Shown: positions 19,374 to 27,525 of the stretch, one piece after another | Position numbering within the stretch: position 1 is the stretch's first letter | How the letters are laid out: each line of letters opens with the position of its first letter | From: Candidatus Omnitrophota bacterium | GTDB lineage: Bacteria; Omnitrophota; Gorgyraeia; Velamenicoccales; Velamenicoccaceae | Assembly: GCA_043801485.1 (NCBI GenBank) | Contig: JAZDLY010000168.1 | Coordinates: 1 to 55,444 of the forward strand | Direction: 5' to 3' | DNA: 55,444 bases | Position numbers and translations under genes: made by a program | Notes under the pieces: generated by a model | What the model was told of the DNA's origin: nothing | What the model saw: the letters and a program-made list of their open reading frames with translations, nothing else | Database searches by the model: none

Positions 19374-20503
19374 AAGATCTGTATTTTGATTTAATCGGCG
19401 GAATCAGCGGGGATATGACGGTGGCCGCTTTGCTGGATTTCGGCGTGAATCTCGAATTTTTAAAAAAAGAATTAAAGAAGATCAAGGTGAACGGCTACGC
19501 GCTCAAGACCACCAAAGTCTCCCGCGGCCATGTCCAGGCCAGGAAATTCGATGTGATTGTCCGGCAACCGAAGAACTATTCTTACCGTCAGATCCAGCGC
19601 TTGATCAGGATGAGTTCGCTTTCTGCGGACGTTCAAAAAAATATTCTGAATATTTACCGGGTTTTGGCAGATGCAGAGTTAAAGGTTCACGGTCACCGGT
19701 ATGGCGGTCTGCGCTTTGAACAATTGGGGGATCTGGATTCGCTGGTCGATATTGCCTCGGTCTGTATTTGCCTCAAGCGCCTGGGCGTTGGGGGTCTTTA
19801 TCATTCGGTGATTCCGTTGAACAAAAACATTGCGCCGGCAACTTCCGAACTTCTTTTAGGGAAACGAGTTTATTATACCCAGGCGATTTTTGAAAATGTA
19901 ACGCCGACAGGCATGGCCATTTTGTTTGCCCTTGCCCGGCCGTTGGAAAACGATCGTCAGCATATTTTTGCCTATGGCCGCGCGGGCTACGGGGCGGGTG
20001 CCGTGGATTCACCGGAGGCCTCCAATGTCTTGCGTCTGGTTGAAATAAAACAGGAATGGCCCGGAGCCGAAACGGATTTCGTCGAGGTCCTGGAAGCCAA
20101 TATCGATGACATGAATCCCCAATTTTTTGATTATCTTTTTGAGAAGTTGTTCGCCGCGGGGGCCTTGGATGTATTTGTCCAGCCCGTGTTGATGAAGAAG
20201 ACCCGACCGGGTTTTTTGTTAACAGTATTGTCAAACGGCCCAAATTTAGGTATGATAACAGATCTTGTTTTGCAAGAAACATCCACCTTAGGCATTCGTT
20301 TTTATCCCGCGCAAAGACTGAAATTGTCCCGAAGCATCAAAACGATTGTCTGGAAGGGGCATAAGGTCAGGGTGAAAATCGCAAGACTCCCGCAGGGCGG
20401 TGTCCGGATGGTGCCGGAGTATGAAGACTGCAAGGCCCTGGCAAAAAAAATCAACAGACCATTGGTTGATATCTATCAAACCATTCAACAGAGGGCAGGG
20501 TAA
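19370..20503 (+). CDS. larC: LarC, nickel insertion (pyridinium-3,5-bisthiocarboxylate mononucleotide nickel chelatase, DUF111)
   Basis: MKDLYFDLIGGISGDM N-terminus typical of DUF111. ATGA overlap with the larB stop. Confidence 0.9.
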   Translation: MKDLYFDLIGGISGDMTVAALLDFGVNLEFLKKELKKIKVNGYALKTTKVSRGHVQARKFDVIVRQPKNYSYRQIQRLIRMSSLSADVQKNILNIYRVLADAELKVHGHRYGGLRFEQLGDLDSLVDIASVCICLKRLGVGGLYHSVIPLNKNIAPATSELLLGKRVYYTQAIFENVTPTGMAILFALARPLENDRQHIFAYGRAGYGAGAVDSPEASNVLRLVEIKQEWPGAETDFVEVLEANIDDMNPQFFDYLFEKLFAAGALDVFVQPVLMKKTRPGFLLTVLSNGPNLGMITDLVLQETSTLGIRFYPAQRLKLSRSIKTIVWKGHKVRVKIARLPQGGVRMVPEYEDCKALAKKINRPLVDIYQTIQQRAG

Positions 20504-20505
20504 TT

Positions 20506-21843
20506 ATGGCGCTTTCAGGATTAGACATCTATAAACTTCTGGCCAAAACCAATTGCAAAAAATGCGGTTTTCAGACCTGCCTGGCATTCGCGATGCAGTT
20601 GGCCAAGAAGGCCGTCAGCCTGGAGAAGTGTCCCTTTGTGACGCCGGACGTGCGCGCTGTCTTGGAAGAAGCAGCTCAGCCGGCAATCCGGCTTGTTGAG
20701 ATTGGCTTGGCAGACAACAAGGTCTGTGTCGGCCACGAAACCGTTCTTTTTCGGCACGAGGAAAAATTCTATCATCCGACCGCCATCGGTTTACTCGTTG
20801 AAGGCGACACGGACGAGGCAGGACTGAAAAAAATTCTTGAAGAAATAAACAGCCTTAGCTTTGAGCGCGTGGGCCAGGTCCTGAATGTTAATCTGATTGC
20901 TTTAAGAGAAAAATCGGGCAAAGCAGAACAATTCATCAAGTGTTTAGATCAATTGACGAAAAACTCTTCGCTGGGATTGGTCTTGATGTGCGCCAACGCG
21001 ACGACCCTAAAGAGAGCCCTGCAAGCTTGTGCCCAGAACAAACCGTTGGTCTATTGCGCCGTGTCTGAGCAGATCCTGGAGTTTGCCGCCGCCTGCAAGG
21101 AATATCGCCTGCCGCTGGCCATCCGGGGTCATGGGACGGATGATTTTTCAAGATGTTCCAAGCAAATTGTTGGAGCCGGTGTCCCAGACATCGTGCTCGA
21201 CATCGGGGCAGCCGGCGCTACGGAGTGCGTTTGGCAATTGACGCAGATCCGGCGCCTGGCCATCAAAAAAGCCGAGCGCAGTCTTGGATATCCCACGATG
21301 GTTGTGATCCAGGAGGCTGACCAAGCCAAGATGGTTGTCCAAGCCGCGCTGTGTCTGGCAAAATATGCCAGCATCATTTTATTGAAATCCAGAAGGCCTG
21401 AGCAGATCTTGCCCCTGTTGACGTTGCGGCAGAATATCTTCACCGACCCGCAAAAACCTTTGCAGGTGGAGCCGAATATTTATCCGATCGGCGCGGTCCA
21501 GGAAGATTCGCCGGTTCTTGTGACTACGAATTTTTCCCTGACATATTATACGGTCCTGGGGGAAATAGAATCCAGCCGCGTGCCGAGTTATTTGTTGGTC
21601 GTTGATACCGAAGGAATGTCGGTTTTGACGGCATGGGCTGCGGAAAAATTTACCCCGGAGAAGATCACCGACACCCTGGCCAAATTCAAGCTCTCTGAAC
21701 TGGTCCGACACAAAAATCTGGTCATCCCGGGCTATGTGTCGGTCATGAGCGGTGAATTGGAAGAAAAATCCGGTTGGAAAATCCATGTGGGGCCTCGCGA
21801 AGCAGCGAGCATCCCGTCGTTTTTAAAAAATTTGTCTTCCTGA
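20506..21843 (+). CDS. acsC: Corrinoid iron-sulfur protein large subunit (AcsC/CdhE)
   Basis: N-terminal 4Fe-4S motif CKKCGFQTCLAFAMQLA..C, TIM-barrel middle part and C-terminal B12-binding Rossmann part. Context with acsD/acsE. Confidence 0.9.
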   Translation: MALSGLDIYKLLAKTNCKKCGFQTCLAFAMQLAKKAVSLEKCPFVTPDVRAVLEEAAQPAIRLVEIGLADNKVCVGHETVLFRHEEKFYHPTAIGLLVEGDTDEAGLKKILEEINSLSFERVGQVLNVNLIALREKSGKAEQFIKCLDQLTKNSSLGLVLMCANATTLKRALQACAQNKPLVYCAVSEQILEFAAACKEYRLPLAIRGHGTDDFSRCSKQIVGAGVPDIVLDIGAAGATECVWQLTQIRRLAIKKAERSLGYPTMVVIQEADQAKMVVQAALCLAKYASIILLKSRRPEQILPLLTLRQNIFTDPQKPLQVEPNIYPIGAVQEDSPVLVTTNFSLTYYTVLGEIESSRVPSYLLVVDTEGMSVLTAWAAEKFTPEKITDTLAKFKLSELVRHKNLVIPGYVSVMSGELEEKSGWKIHVGPREAASIPSFLKNLSS

Positions 21844-21844
21844 A

Positions 21845-23782
21845 ATGGAAAAGTGCATCGTTACGTTCTCGCCGGATCAAAAGAAGGTTATTGTGGACCG
21901 CGGCACGACCATTCTGGCTGCGGCCCTTTCGGCCCATATCCATCTTGATGCGGGTTGCGGCGGCGACGGCGTGTGCGGGAAGTGCAAGGTGATTGTTCGT
22001 CAGGGGACGGTCCGCGCAGAGTCTTCCGGTAATATTGCACCTGGCGAGCGAAAAGAGGGAGTGCATTTGGCCTGTCAGACGTTAGTTGAGTCTGATTTGG
22101 ACGTGGAGATCCTTGCGGAATCCCGTTTGGATTTGAGTATGCTGAGCAAAGAAGAATTGGAGCTGCGTCTGCGCGGGGTCTACAGCAAGGCTGAAGATGT
22201 CGTTGAGACAAAGGCGGGTCTTGGCGAGGGCCTGTTTGAATACGAGCCGTTGGTGACTAAAGTTTACCTGGAGCTTTCAAAGCCAGATTTTAGCGATAAA
22301 CTCAGTGACCTGGAACGGATTTACCGTGCCATTGAAGATAAGATCGGCGCCAGACCCATCCACACCGGGCTTGCAAATATCCGTCAGCTCGGCTCCTTAT
22401 TGCGGTCCTGTGACTGGAAGGTGACGGTTGCGCTTGCTCAGAAGGCCGATGTGGTGGAGCTCGTGGCTGTCGAGCCAGGGGATCGATCCGGCAGGAATTA
22501 CGGTCTGGCTTTTGACATCGGGACCACAACGGTGACCGGTCAGATTGTTGACCTGAAAGCAAAAAAAGTTTTGGGCACCAAGGCGGCCTACAACCGTCAG
22601 GCTACTTTTGGTTCAGACGTCATCACGCGCATTATCTATGCGCAGGCCCAGGATGGTCTTGAAAAACTGCATCATGCGGTGGTGGACATGGCCAACGAAA
22701 TGATCGAGTCCTTCATTGACGAGCAGGATATTGATTTGAATGACGTCCTGTCTCTGTGCGTGGCGGGAAATACGACGATGCTGCATTTGTTGTGCCGTAT
22801 TGACCCGACGCATATCCGTCAGGAGCCGTATGTGCCGACGGCCAATTTTATTCCGCTCGTTAAAGCCGCGGAGGTTGGTATCGGCATCAATCCGCACGGC
22901 GTTCTGTTTTGTTTGCCAGGAGTGTCGAGCTATGTGGGTGCGGACATCACGGCCGGTGTCATGGCCTGCGACATCCATCGGTCCAAAAAAACAACGATTT
23001 TGATCGATATCGGCACCAACGGCGAGATTGTTCTTGGGAATTCCGAGTGGATGATCAGTTGTGCGGCCTCAGCCGGACCTGCCTTTGAAGGCAGCGGCAT
23101 GTCCTGTGGCTTGCGGGCTGTGCGCGGCGCCATCCAGGCAGTGAAAATCAAAGACATAACGCTTGAGCTTGACGTGACGACGATCGGAGAGGCCGCGCCG
23201 CGTGGCATCTGTGGCTCGGGTTATATTGATCTTGTCGCAGAGCTTTTGACGTTGGGGGCCCTGGATAAGAACGGCAAGCTCAATCAGGCCATTAATAACA
23301 GGCGTCTGCGCCAAGGCAAATTCGGATACGAGTTTGTTGTTGTGTTTGGCGAAGAAGCCGGCATCGGCGAAGATATTGTTGTCAGTGATATGGATCTCGA
23401 TAATTTAAAACGAGCCAAGGCCGCCATTTATTCCGGGATATCGGTCCTGACCAGACACCTGGATATGAGTTTTGAAAACGTTGACAGGTTTTATGTCGCC
23501 GGAGGTTTTGGGACGTCTTTGAATATTGAGAGCGCAGTGCGGATTGGTTTGATTCCTGACCTACCAAGGGAGAAGTTTATCTTCGTGGGCAACAGCTCTT
23601 TGGCAGGGGCCCGCCAGAGCCTTTTATCCTGTCAGGCAGGCCGCGTGGCCGAACAAATTGCCGCGAATATCACGTATTTCGAATTATCCGCGGATGCGCG
23701 ATATATGGATGAATACATGGCCGCATTGTTTTTTCCGCACACGGACAAAGCTCGTTTTCCGAGCGTGAAGTATAGCCATTGA
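21845..23782 (+). CDS. acsV: Corrinoid activation/regeneration protein (RACo-type: 2Fe-2S ferredoxin + ASKHA ATPase)
   Basis: N-terminal plant-type ferredoxin cysteines (CGGDGVCGKCKV...C), a DUF4445/ASKHA body (DIGTTTV, DIGTNGE). Positioned between acsC and acsD as in acetogens. Confidence 0.85.
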   Translation: MEKCIVTFSPDQKKVIVDRGTTILAAALSAHIHLDAGCGGDGVCGKCKVIVRQGTVRAESSGNIAPGERKEGVHLACQTLVESDLDVEILAESRLDLSMLSKEELELRLRGVYSKAEDVVETKAGLGEGLFEYEPLVTKVYLELSKPDFSDKLSDLERIYRAIEDKIGARPIHTGLANIRQLGSLLRSCDWKVTVALAQKADVVELVAVEPGDRSGRNYGLAFDIGTTTVTGQIVDLKAKKVLGTKAAYNRQATFGSDVITRIIYAQAQDGLEKLHHAVVDMANEMIESFIDEQDIDLNDVLSLCVAGNTTMLHLLCRIDPTHIRQEPYVPTANFIPLVKAAEVGIGINPHGVLFCLPGVSSYVGADITAGVMACDIHRSKKTTILIDIGTNGEIVLGNSEWMISCAASAGPAFEGSGMSCGLRAVRGAIQAVKIKDITLELDVTTIGEAAPRGICGSGYIDLVAELLTLGALDKNGKLNQAINNRRLRQGKFGYEFVVVFGEEAGIGEDIVVSDMDLDNLKRAKAAIYSGISVLTRHLDMSFENVDRFYVAGGFGTSLNIESAVRIGLIPDLPREKFIFVGNSSLAGARQSLLSCQAGRVAEQIAANITYFELSADARYMDEYMAALFFPHTDKARFPSVKYSH

Positions 23783-23787
23783 CATTG

Positions 23788-24540
23788 ATGAGTGACGTGA
23801 TTGTAGTCGGCGGAAAAGGCGGAACGGGCAAGACGACGATTTCAGCGGCGATCACTCTTTTTTTAGCCAGGCGAAAGGCCGGTGTTTTGGCGGTTGATGC
23901 TGATCCCAACAGCAATCTGGCAGACGCCCTTGGGGTGAAGGTCCGGGAAACAATCGCCGATATCATCGATGAAGTTTCAAAAAACCCGGATGCGGTGCCC
24001 AAAAGCATGGGCAAAGACAGTTTTGTTGAAATGAAAATTCATCAGAGCATTTCGGAGAACGACGGATTTGATCTTTTGGTCATGGGCAGACCCGAAGGGC
24101 CGGGCTGCTATTGTTACATCAACAATGTGCTTAGGAATGTCATGGCCAAGCTCTCCGGCGACTATCCGTATGTGGTCATTGACAATGAAGCAGGGATGGA
24201 GCATTTTTCAAGAAAAACAACGCGCGCCTGCGATGAATTGATTTTGGTTTCGGATGAAACCGAGGTGGGCCTGAAATCGGCGGGGCGGATTTTAGGTCTG
24301 ATCGATGAATTGAATATTCCTGCCAAAAGGAAATTTTTATTGGTCAACAAGAAAACCGGGCCCAAAGACACCAAGGTCTTGAAAAGGCAATTTTCCGTCG
24401 AGCGTATTTTTGAACTTCCTTTTGATGACGCATTGCCCCGTTTGAGTGCCGAGGGGGCGTCAGTGGCTGCCTTAGAAATAAAATCAACGTTTTATGATGC
24501 TGTCGAACAGTTTGGAGAATTGATATGGCCGAAGAATTAA
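23788..24540 (+). CDS. cooC: CooC/AcsF-type Ni-insertion ATPase
   Basis: Deviant Walker A GGKGGTGKTT, CYC motif (GPGCYCY), MinD/ParA fold. ATG at 23788 is preferred over TTG at 23779. Confidence 0.85.
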   Translation: MSDVIVVGGKGGTGKTTISAAITLFLARRKAGVLAVDADPNSNLADALGVKVRETIADIIDEVSKNPDAVPKSMGKDSFVEMKIHQSISENDGFDLLVMGRPEGPGCYCYINNVLRNVMAKLSGDYPYVVIDNEAGMEHFSRKTTRACDELILVSDETEVGLKSAGRILGLIDELNIPAKRKFLLVNKKTGPKDTKVLKRQFSVERIFELPFDDALPRLSAEGASVAALEIKSTFYDAVEQFGELIWPKN

Positions 24541-25493
24541 AACTGCTTGAAAAATGGTGTTTAAAAATTTGCGAGTTAAAACTCGGTGCCCTTGCCGCTG
24601 AGGGAGGCAGTCGGGGACAGGTTTTGACCCTGGGTGGTGAGAGCACGTTGCCGTTTTTATTCAAAGAAGGCCAGATCCCCCATGCACCCGTGATCGCCGC
24701 AGAGATTATTGACGGGGCTGATGAAGACGTGCCTGAGTCTCTGCAAAAAGATTTAGGCAAGTTGTTGAAAAATCCCGTGGATTGGGCAAATCATATGGTG
24801 ACCGAGGCCGGCGCGGATCTGGTGTGTTTAAAATTGCAGGGCATCCATCCGGATTTTGGCAACAAGTCTGCCCGGGACGCCAAGGACTTGGCGCTCGCTG
24901 TTTTAAAAAAGATCAAAACTCCGCTTGTTGTTCTGGGCTGTGGCCAGGCGGATAAAGACAGCGAGGTTCTGCCCTTGATTTCCGAGGCGACAAAAGGGGA
25001 ACGGTTTTTATTCGGCGACGCGGTCCAGGAAAACTACAAGACCCTGACCGCCGCCTGCATCGCCGACGGGCACAGCATCATTGCCGAATCGCCGATTGAT
25101 GTCAACATTGCCAAACAGTTGAATATTTTGATTTCTGATTTAGGGATGCCTTTGGAGAGGATTGCCATCAATCCGACCATTGGGGCCCTCGGATACGGCT
25201 TGGAATACGCTTATTCTATTATGGAACGTGCCCGGAATGCCGCCTTGTCCGGCGATAAAATGCTGGCCATGCCGTTTGTTTGTTTTGTCGGCCAGGAAGT
25301 ATGGCGCGCCAAAGAAGCCAAAGTCTCAGAGACAGAATTTCCGCAAGGGGGGAATGCCCGAGAGCGCGGTATTATGTGGGAAGTTGTGACCGCGATGGCA
25401 ATGCTGGCTGCCGGCGCAGATTTGTTGACCATGCGGCACCCGGAGGCGATTCGCATTGTTAAGAATGCCATTGCAGATTTAATGAAAAAATGA
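24525..25493 (+). CDS. acsD: Corrinoid iron-sulfur protein small subunit (AcsD/CdhD)
   Basis: 322 aa TIM-barrel protein, with family resemblance and acs context. Confidence 0.85.
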   Translation: MAEELKLLEKWCLKICELKLGALAAEGGSRGQVLTLGGESTLPFLFKEGQIPHAPVIAAEIIDGADEDVPESLQKDLGKLLKNPVDWANHMVTEAGADLVCLKLQGIHPDFGNKSARDAKDLALAVLKKIKTPLVVLGCGQADKDSEVLPLISEATKGERFLFGDAVQENYKTLTAACIADGHSIIAESPIDVNIAKQLNILISDLGMPLERIAINPTIGALGYGLEYAYSIMERARNAALSGDKMLAMPFVCFVGQEVWRAKEAKVSETEFPQGGNARERGIMWEVVTAMAMLAAGADLLTMRHPEAIRIVKNAIADLMKK

Positions 25494-25566
25494 TTTATCC
25501 ACCTTCGCTGGAAAACTTTTCTCCAGCTACGGTGGACTTCACTAATTATTTACATTAAGGTGTTTC

Positions 25567-26367
25567 GTGTATATCATCGGCGAATTGATCAACGGGATGT
25601 ATCAGAAGGTCGCCAAGGCCATAGGCGAACGCGACACGACATTCATCAAATCTCTGGCAAGCCTTCAGGTAGAGGCAGGCGCCGATGCCCTTGATGTGAA
25701 CTGCGGACCGGCCTCTCACAATCCCAAAGAAGACATGCTTTGGCTGGTGGAAACAATCCAGGCCCAGGTAAAAGCGACCCTGTGTCTGGATAGCACAAAG
25801 CCGGCGGTGATCGAAGAGGGGCTCAAGGCTGCCAAAAACAAAACCATCATCAATTCGTCTTCTGCGGATCCTGAGCGTCTGGAAATTTATATCCCGATGG
25901 CCAAGAAATACGGTTCCAGCCTGATTGCGCTGACCATGGATAAAAAAGGCGTGCCGCAGGACAAAGACCGCAGGTTGGAATTGGCAGCGCAGATTTTAGC
26001 CTATGCCGAAGAAAACGATTTTTCCGTGCAGGACCTTTATTTGGATCCTATAGTTCTGCCGGTGAATGTCGCCCAGAAGCAGCTTTTTGATATTCTGGAA
26101 GTGATCCGCGATTTTAAATTGTTGTCTGTCCCGGCGCCCAAGGCCGTGGTGGGGCTGAGCAATGTGTCGCAAGGGTCCAAAGACAGAAGCCTTATCAACA
26201 GGACTTTTTTGGTCATGGCTCAAGGCCATGGCCTGGATGCAGCTATTTTGGATCCCTTGGATGAGACCCTGATGAGCGAGTTGATCACCGCGGACCTGGT
26301 TATGAACAAAAATATTTATTGCGATTCCTATATCGACGCGTACAAGAAGAGCAAGGTCAGTCGATAG
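25567..26367 (+). CDS. acsE: Methyltetrahydrofolate:corrinoid/iron-sulfur protein methyltransferase
   Basis: Pterin-binding fold with IIGELING, ALDVN, GLSNVSQG. GTG start with an AAGGTG SD. Confidence 0.9.
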   Translation: MYIIGELINGMYQKVAKAIGERDTTFIKSLASLQVEAGADALDVNCGPASHNPKEDMLWLVETIQAQVKATLCLDSTKPAVIEEGLKAAKNKTIINSSSADPERLEIYIPMAKKYGSSLIALTMDKKGVPQDKDRRLELAAQILAYAEENDFSVQDLYLDPIVLPVNVAQKQLFDILEVIRDFKLLSVPAPKAVVGLSNVSQGSKDRSLINRTFLVMAQGHGLDAAILDPLDETLMSELITADLVMNKNIYCDSYIDAYKKSKVSR

Positions 26368-26394
26368 TCTATAGTCAATAGTCGATAGATAGAT
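26359..26394 (+). repeat. Tandem heptamer AGTCNAT x4 plus AGAT x2, spanning the acsE stop
   Basis: agtcgat agtctat agtcaat agtcgat agat agat. TAG triplets at 26365, 26372, 26379, 26386 and 26390 fall in all three frames. Confidence 0.85.
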
Positions 26395-26397
26395 TTT

Positions 26398-26474
26398 GGC
26401 GGAGTAGCTCAGCCTGATAGAGCACGCGGCTCATACCCGCTTTGTCGGTGGTTTAAATCCACTCTCCGCCACCA
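26398..26474 (+). tRNA. tRNA with CAT anticodon (elongator Met, or Ile2 if lysidinylated), CCA encoded
   Basis: Hand-folded cloverleaf: GGCGGAG/CTCCGCC acceptor, GCTC/GAGC D stem, CTCATAC anticodon loop, GGTGG-TTTAAAT-CCACT T arm, ACCA end. G1-C72 is paired, so it is not an initiator. Confidence 0.92.
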
Positions 26475-26629
26475 GTACTTTGCGCTCTGTGTCATAACTC
26501 TGTTTATGGATTGTGCTTGGTTGGTGTCCTTGCTCGCTTGCGCTCGCAGGGACTTCGCTAAATGCACCTTCGGTGCTCATTAAGGTGCTTGGTTTTCAGC
26601 CGGAGGCTGATCCGCCTTCGGCGGAAAAT
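26475..26629. repeat. Hairpin-module mosaic in reverse orientation (C' then A')
   Basis: TCCTTGCTCGCTTGCGCTCGCAGGGA and TTCGCTAAATGCACC-TTCG-GTGCTCATTAAGGTGCTTG are reverse complements of modules C and A seen elsewhere. Followed by TCCGCC-TTCG-GCGGA. Confidence 0.7.
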
Positions 26630-26645
26630 CCACTCTCCGCCACCA
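26630..26645 (+). repeat. Echo 1 of the tRNA(CAT) 3' end (CCACTCTCCGCCACCA)
   Basis: 16/16 identical to 26459-26474. With the preceding AAAT, 20 nt are identical. Confidence 0.9.
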
Positions 26646-26694
26646 TCTCTTAGAAGTCAGTGGCGTGCTATCAGGGCAGCCCTCCGAAGGAGGG

Positions 26695-26710
26695 CCACTC
26701 TCCGCCACCA
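26695..26710 (+). repeat. Echo 2 of the tRNA(CAT) 3' end
   Basis: 16/16 identical. Preceded by the CCCTCC-GAA-GGAGGG hairpin. Confidence 0.9.
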
Positions 26711-26805
26711 TTCTTCTCCGCCGTGCTGCTTTCGCGCACGGCTACGAAGCAATAGGCGAACAAGGTGCTACGAAGCCAAAGACGCAAGTGCTTTGGCGAA
26801 GTAGA

Positions 26806-26821
26806 CCACTCTCCGCCACCA
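26806..26821 (+). repeat. Echo 3 of the tRNA(CAT) 3' end
   Basis: 16/16 identical. Preceded by the GCCAAAG-ACGCAAGT-GCTTTGGC hairpin and followed 20 nt later by the ferredoxin start. Confidence 0.9.
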
Positions 26822-26841
26822 ATATTTTAAAAGGAGGAACA

Positions 26842-27048
26842 ATGCCGAAGAAAAAACTTCCTAAGGTTGTCGAAGAGTTTTGCATCGGGTGCGGTCACTG
26901 CGTCATGGCCTGCCCCTTGGGTGTGCTCAAAGTCGTCAATAAAAAAGCCAAAGTCGTGAATCCCGCAGCCTGCGACAGCGAAGGGCGTTGCATTGCCGCC
27001 TGTCCCCAGAAAGCCATCCCACACCTCCAAGAGCAAGAATACGCGTAG
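26842..27048 (+). CDS. Small 2x[4Fe-4S] ferredoxin
   Basis: 68 aa with CIGCGHCVMACP and C..EGRCIAACP. Strong SD AAAGGAGGA 5 nt upstream. The longer ORF 26665.. runs through repeats and is rejected. Confidence 0.85.
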   Translation: MPKKKLPKVVEEFCIGCGHCVMACPLGVLKVVNKKAKVVNPAACDSEGRCIAACPQKAIPHLQEQEYA

Positions 27049-27091
27049 GGTTGCAGGGGAGCTGCAGCGGTGGATTTTTTTTCACAATCCA

Positions 27092-27121
27092 TTACAAATG
27101 TGAACGCATCGATGATATAAT
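27092..27121 (+). promoter_or_regulatory. Putative sigma70-type promoter (TTACAA-18-TGaTATAAT) 8 nt upstream of the pilZ ATG
   Basis: Extended -10 TGATATAAT at 27113-27121, no SD before ATG 27130. This implies a leaderless or near-leaderless mRNA. Confidence 0.4.
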
Positions 27122-27129
27122 ACGTCATT

Positions 27130-27516
27130 ATGAGAGAGAGTAACAATCACCCAAAGAACGAACAAAGGCAAAACGTCCGCGTCCCGGTCTACGTGGATTT
27201 TTACTACCTGATTGCCCAGCCGCCGGAGATCCGCATTCGGTTGGGCCAGGAGGAGAAGAAGGGCTCGATGGTGAATATCAGCAGCGGCGGCATTGGTTTT
27301 GTCAGCGATGTTGAGCTACCGTCGTCGACTGAGGTGGATATCAAGTTTTGTCTGGTCTTGAAAGATATCGAAAGTCCTTCCCTTTCTGTCACGGGCCAGG
27401 TCAAGCACTGCCGGTTCCTGCCTGAACTCAAAACATATCGCATTGGGATCGCCTTTAACAAAATCAACGAAAAAGAACGCGGTATCATTTCTGAGTTCGT
27501 CAAAAACTTTCTTTAA
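27130..27516 (+). CDS. PilZ domain protein (c-di-GMP receptor)
   Basis: RQNVR ... NISSGGIGF, matching the RxxxR / (D/N)xSxxG PilZ signature. Confidence 0.85.
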   Translation: MRESNNHPKNEQRQNVRVPVYVDFYYLIAQPPEIRIRLGQEEKKGSMVNISSGGIGFVSDVELPSSTEVDIKFCLVLKDIESPSLSVTGQVKHCRFLPELKTYRIGIAFNKINEKERGIISEFVKNFL

Positions 27517-27525
27517 CAGATTTCC

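Noticed and set aside
26398-26474. Initiator tRNA-fMet.
   Set aside because: Position 1-72 is a G-C pair, and the anticodon stem lacks the three consecutive G-C pairs typical of bacterial initiators. It is called elongator Met, or possibly the lysidine-modified Ile2. This cannot be decided from sequence alone.
26562-27048. ORFs 26562-26804 and 26665-27048, the latter as a 127-aa N-terminally extended ferredoxin.
   Set aside because: The extensions are read through the tRNA-echo and hairpin repeats and give Arg/Ser/Pro-rich low-complexity peptides. A strong AAAGGAGGA SD sits right before the internal ATG at 26842, which yields a normal 68-aa 2x[4Fe-4S] ferredoxin.
27049-27083. Intrinsic terminator after the ferredoxin gene (T8 tract at 27076-27083).
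   Set aside because: The only stem before the T-tract is 5 bp (TGCAG/CTGCA) and is separated from it by 8 nt. This is too weak to call. It may still contribute to termination.
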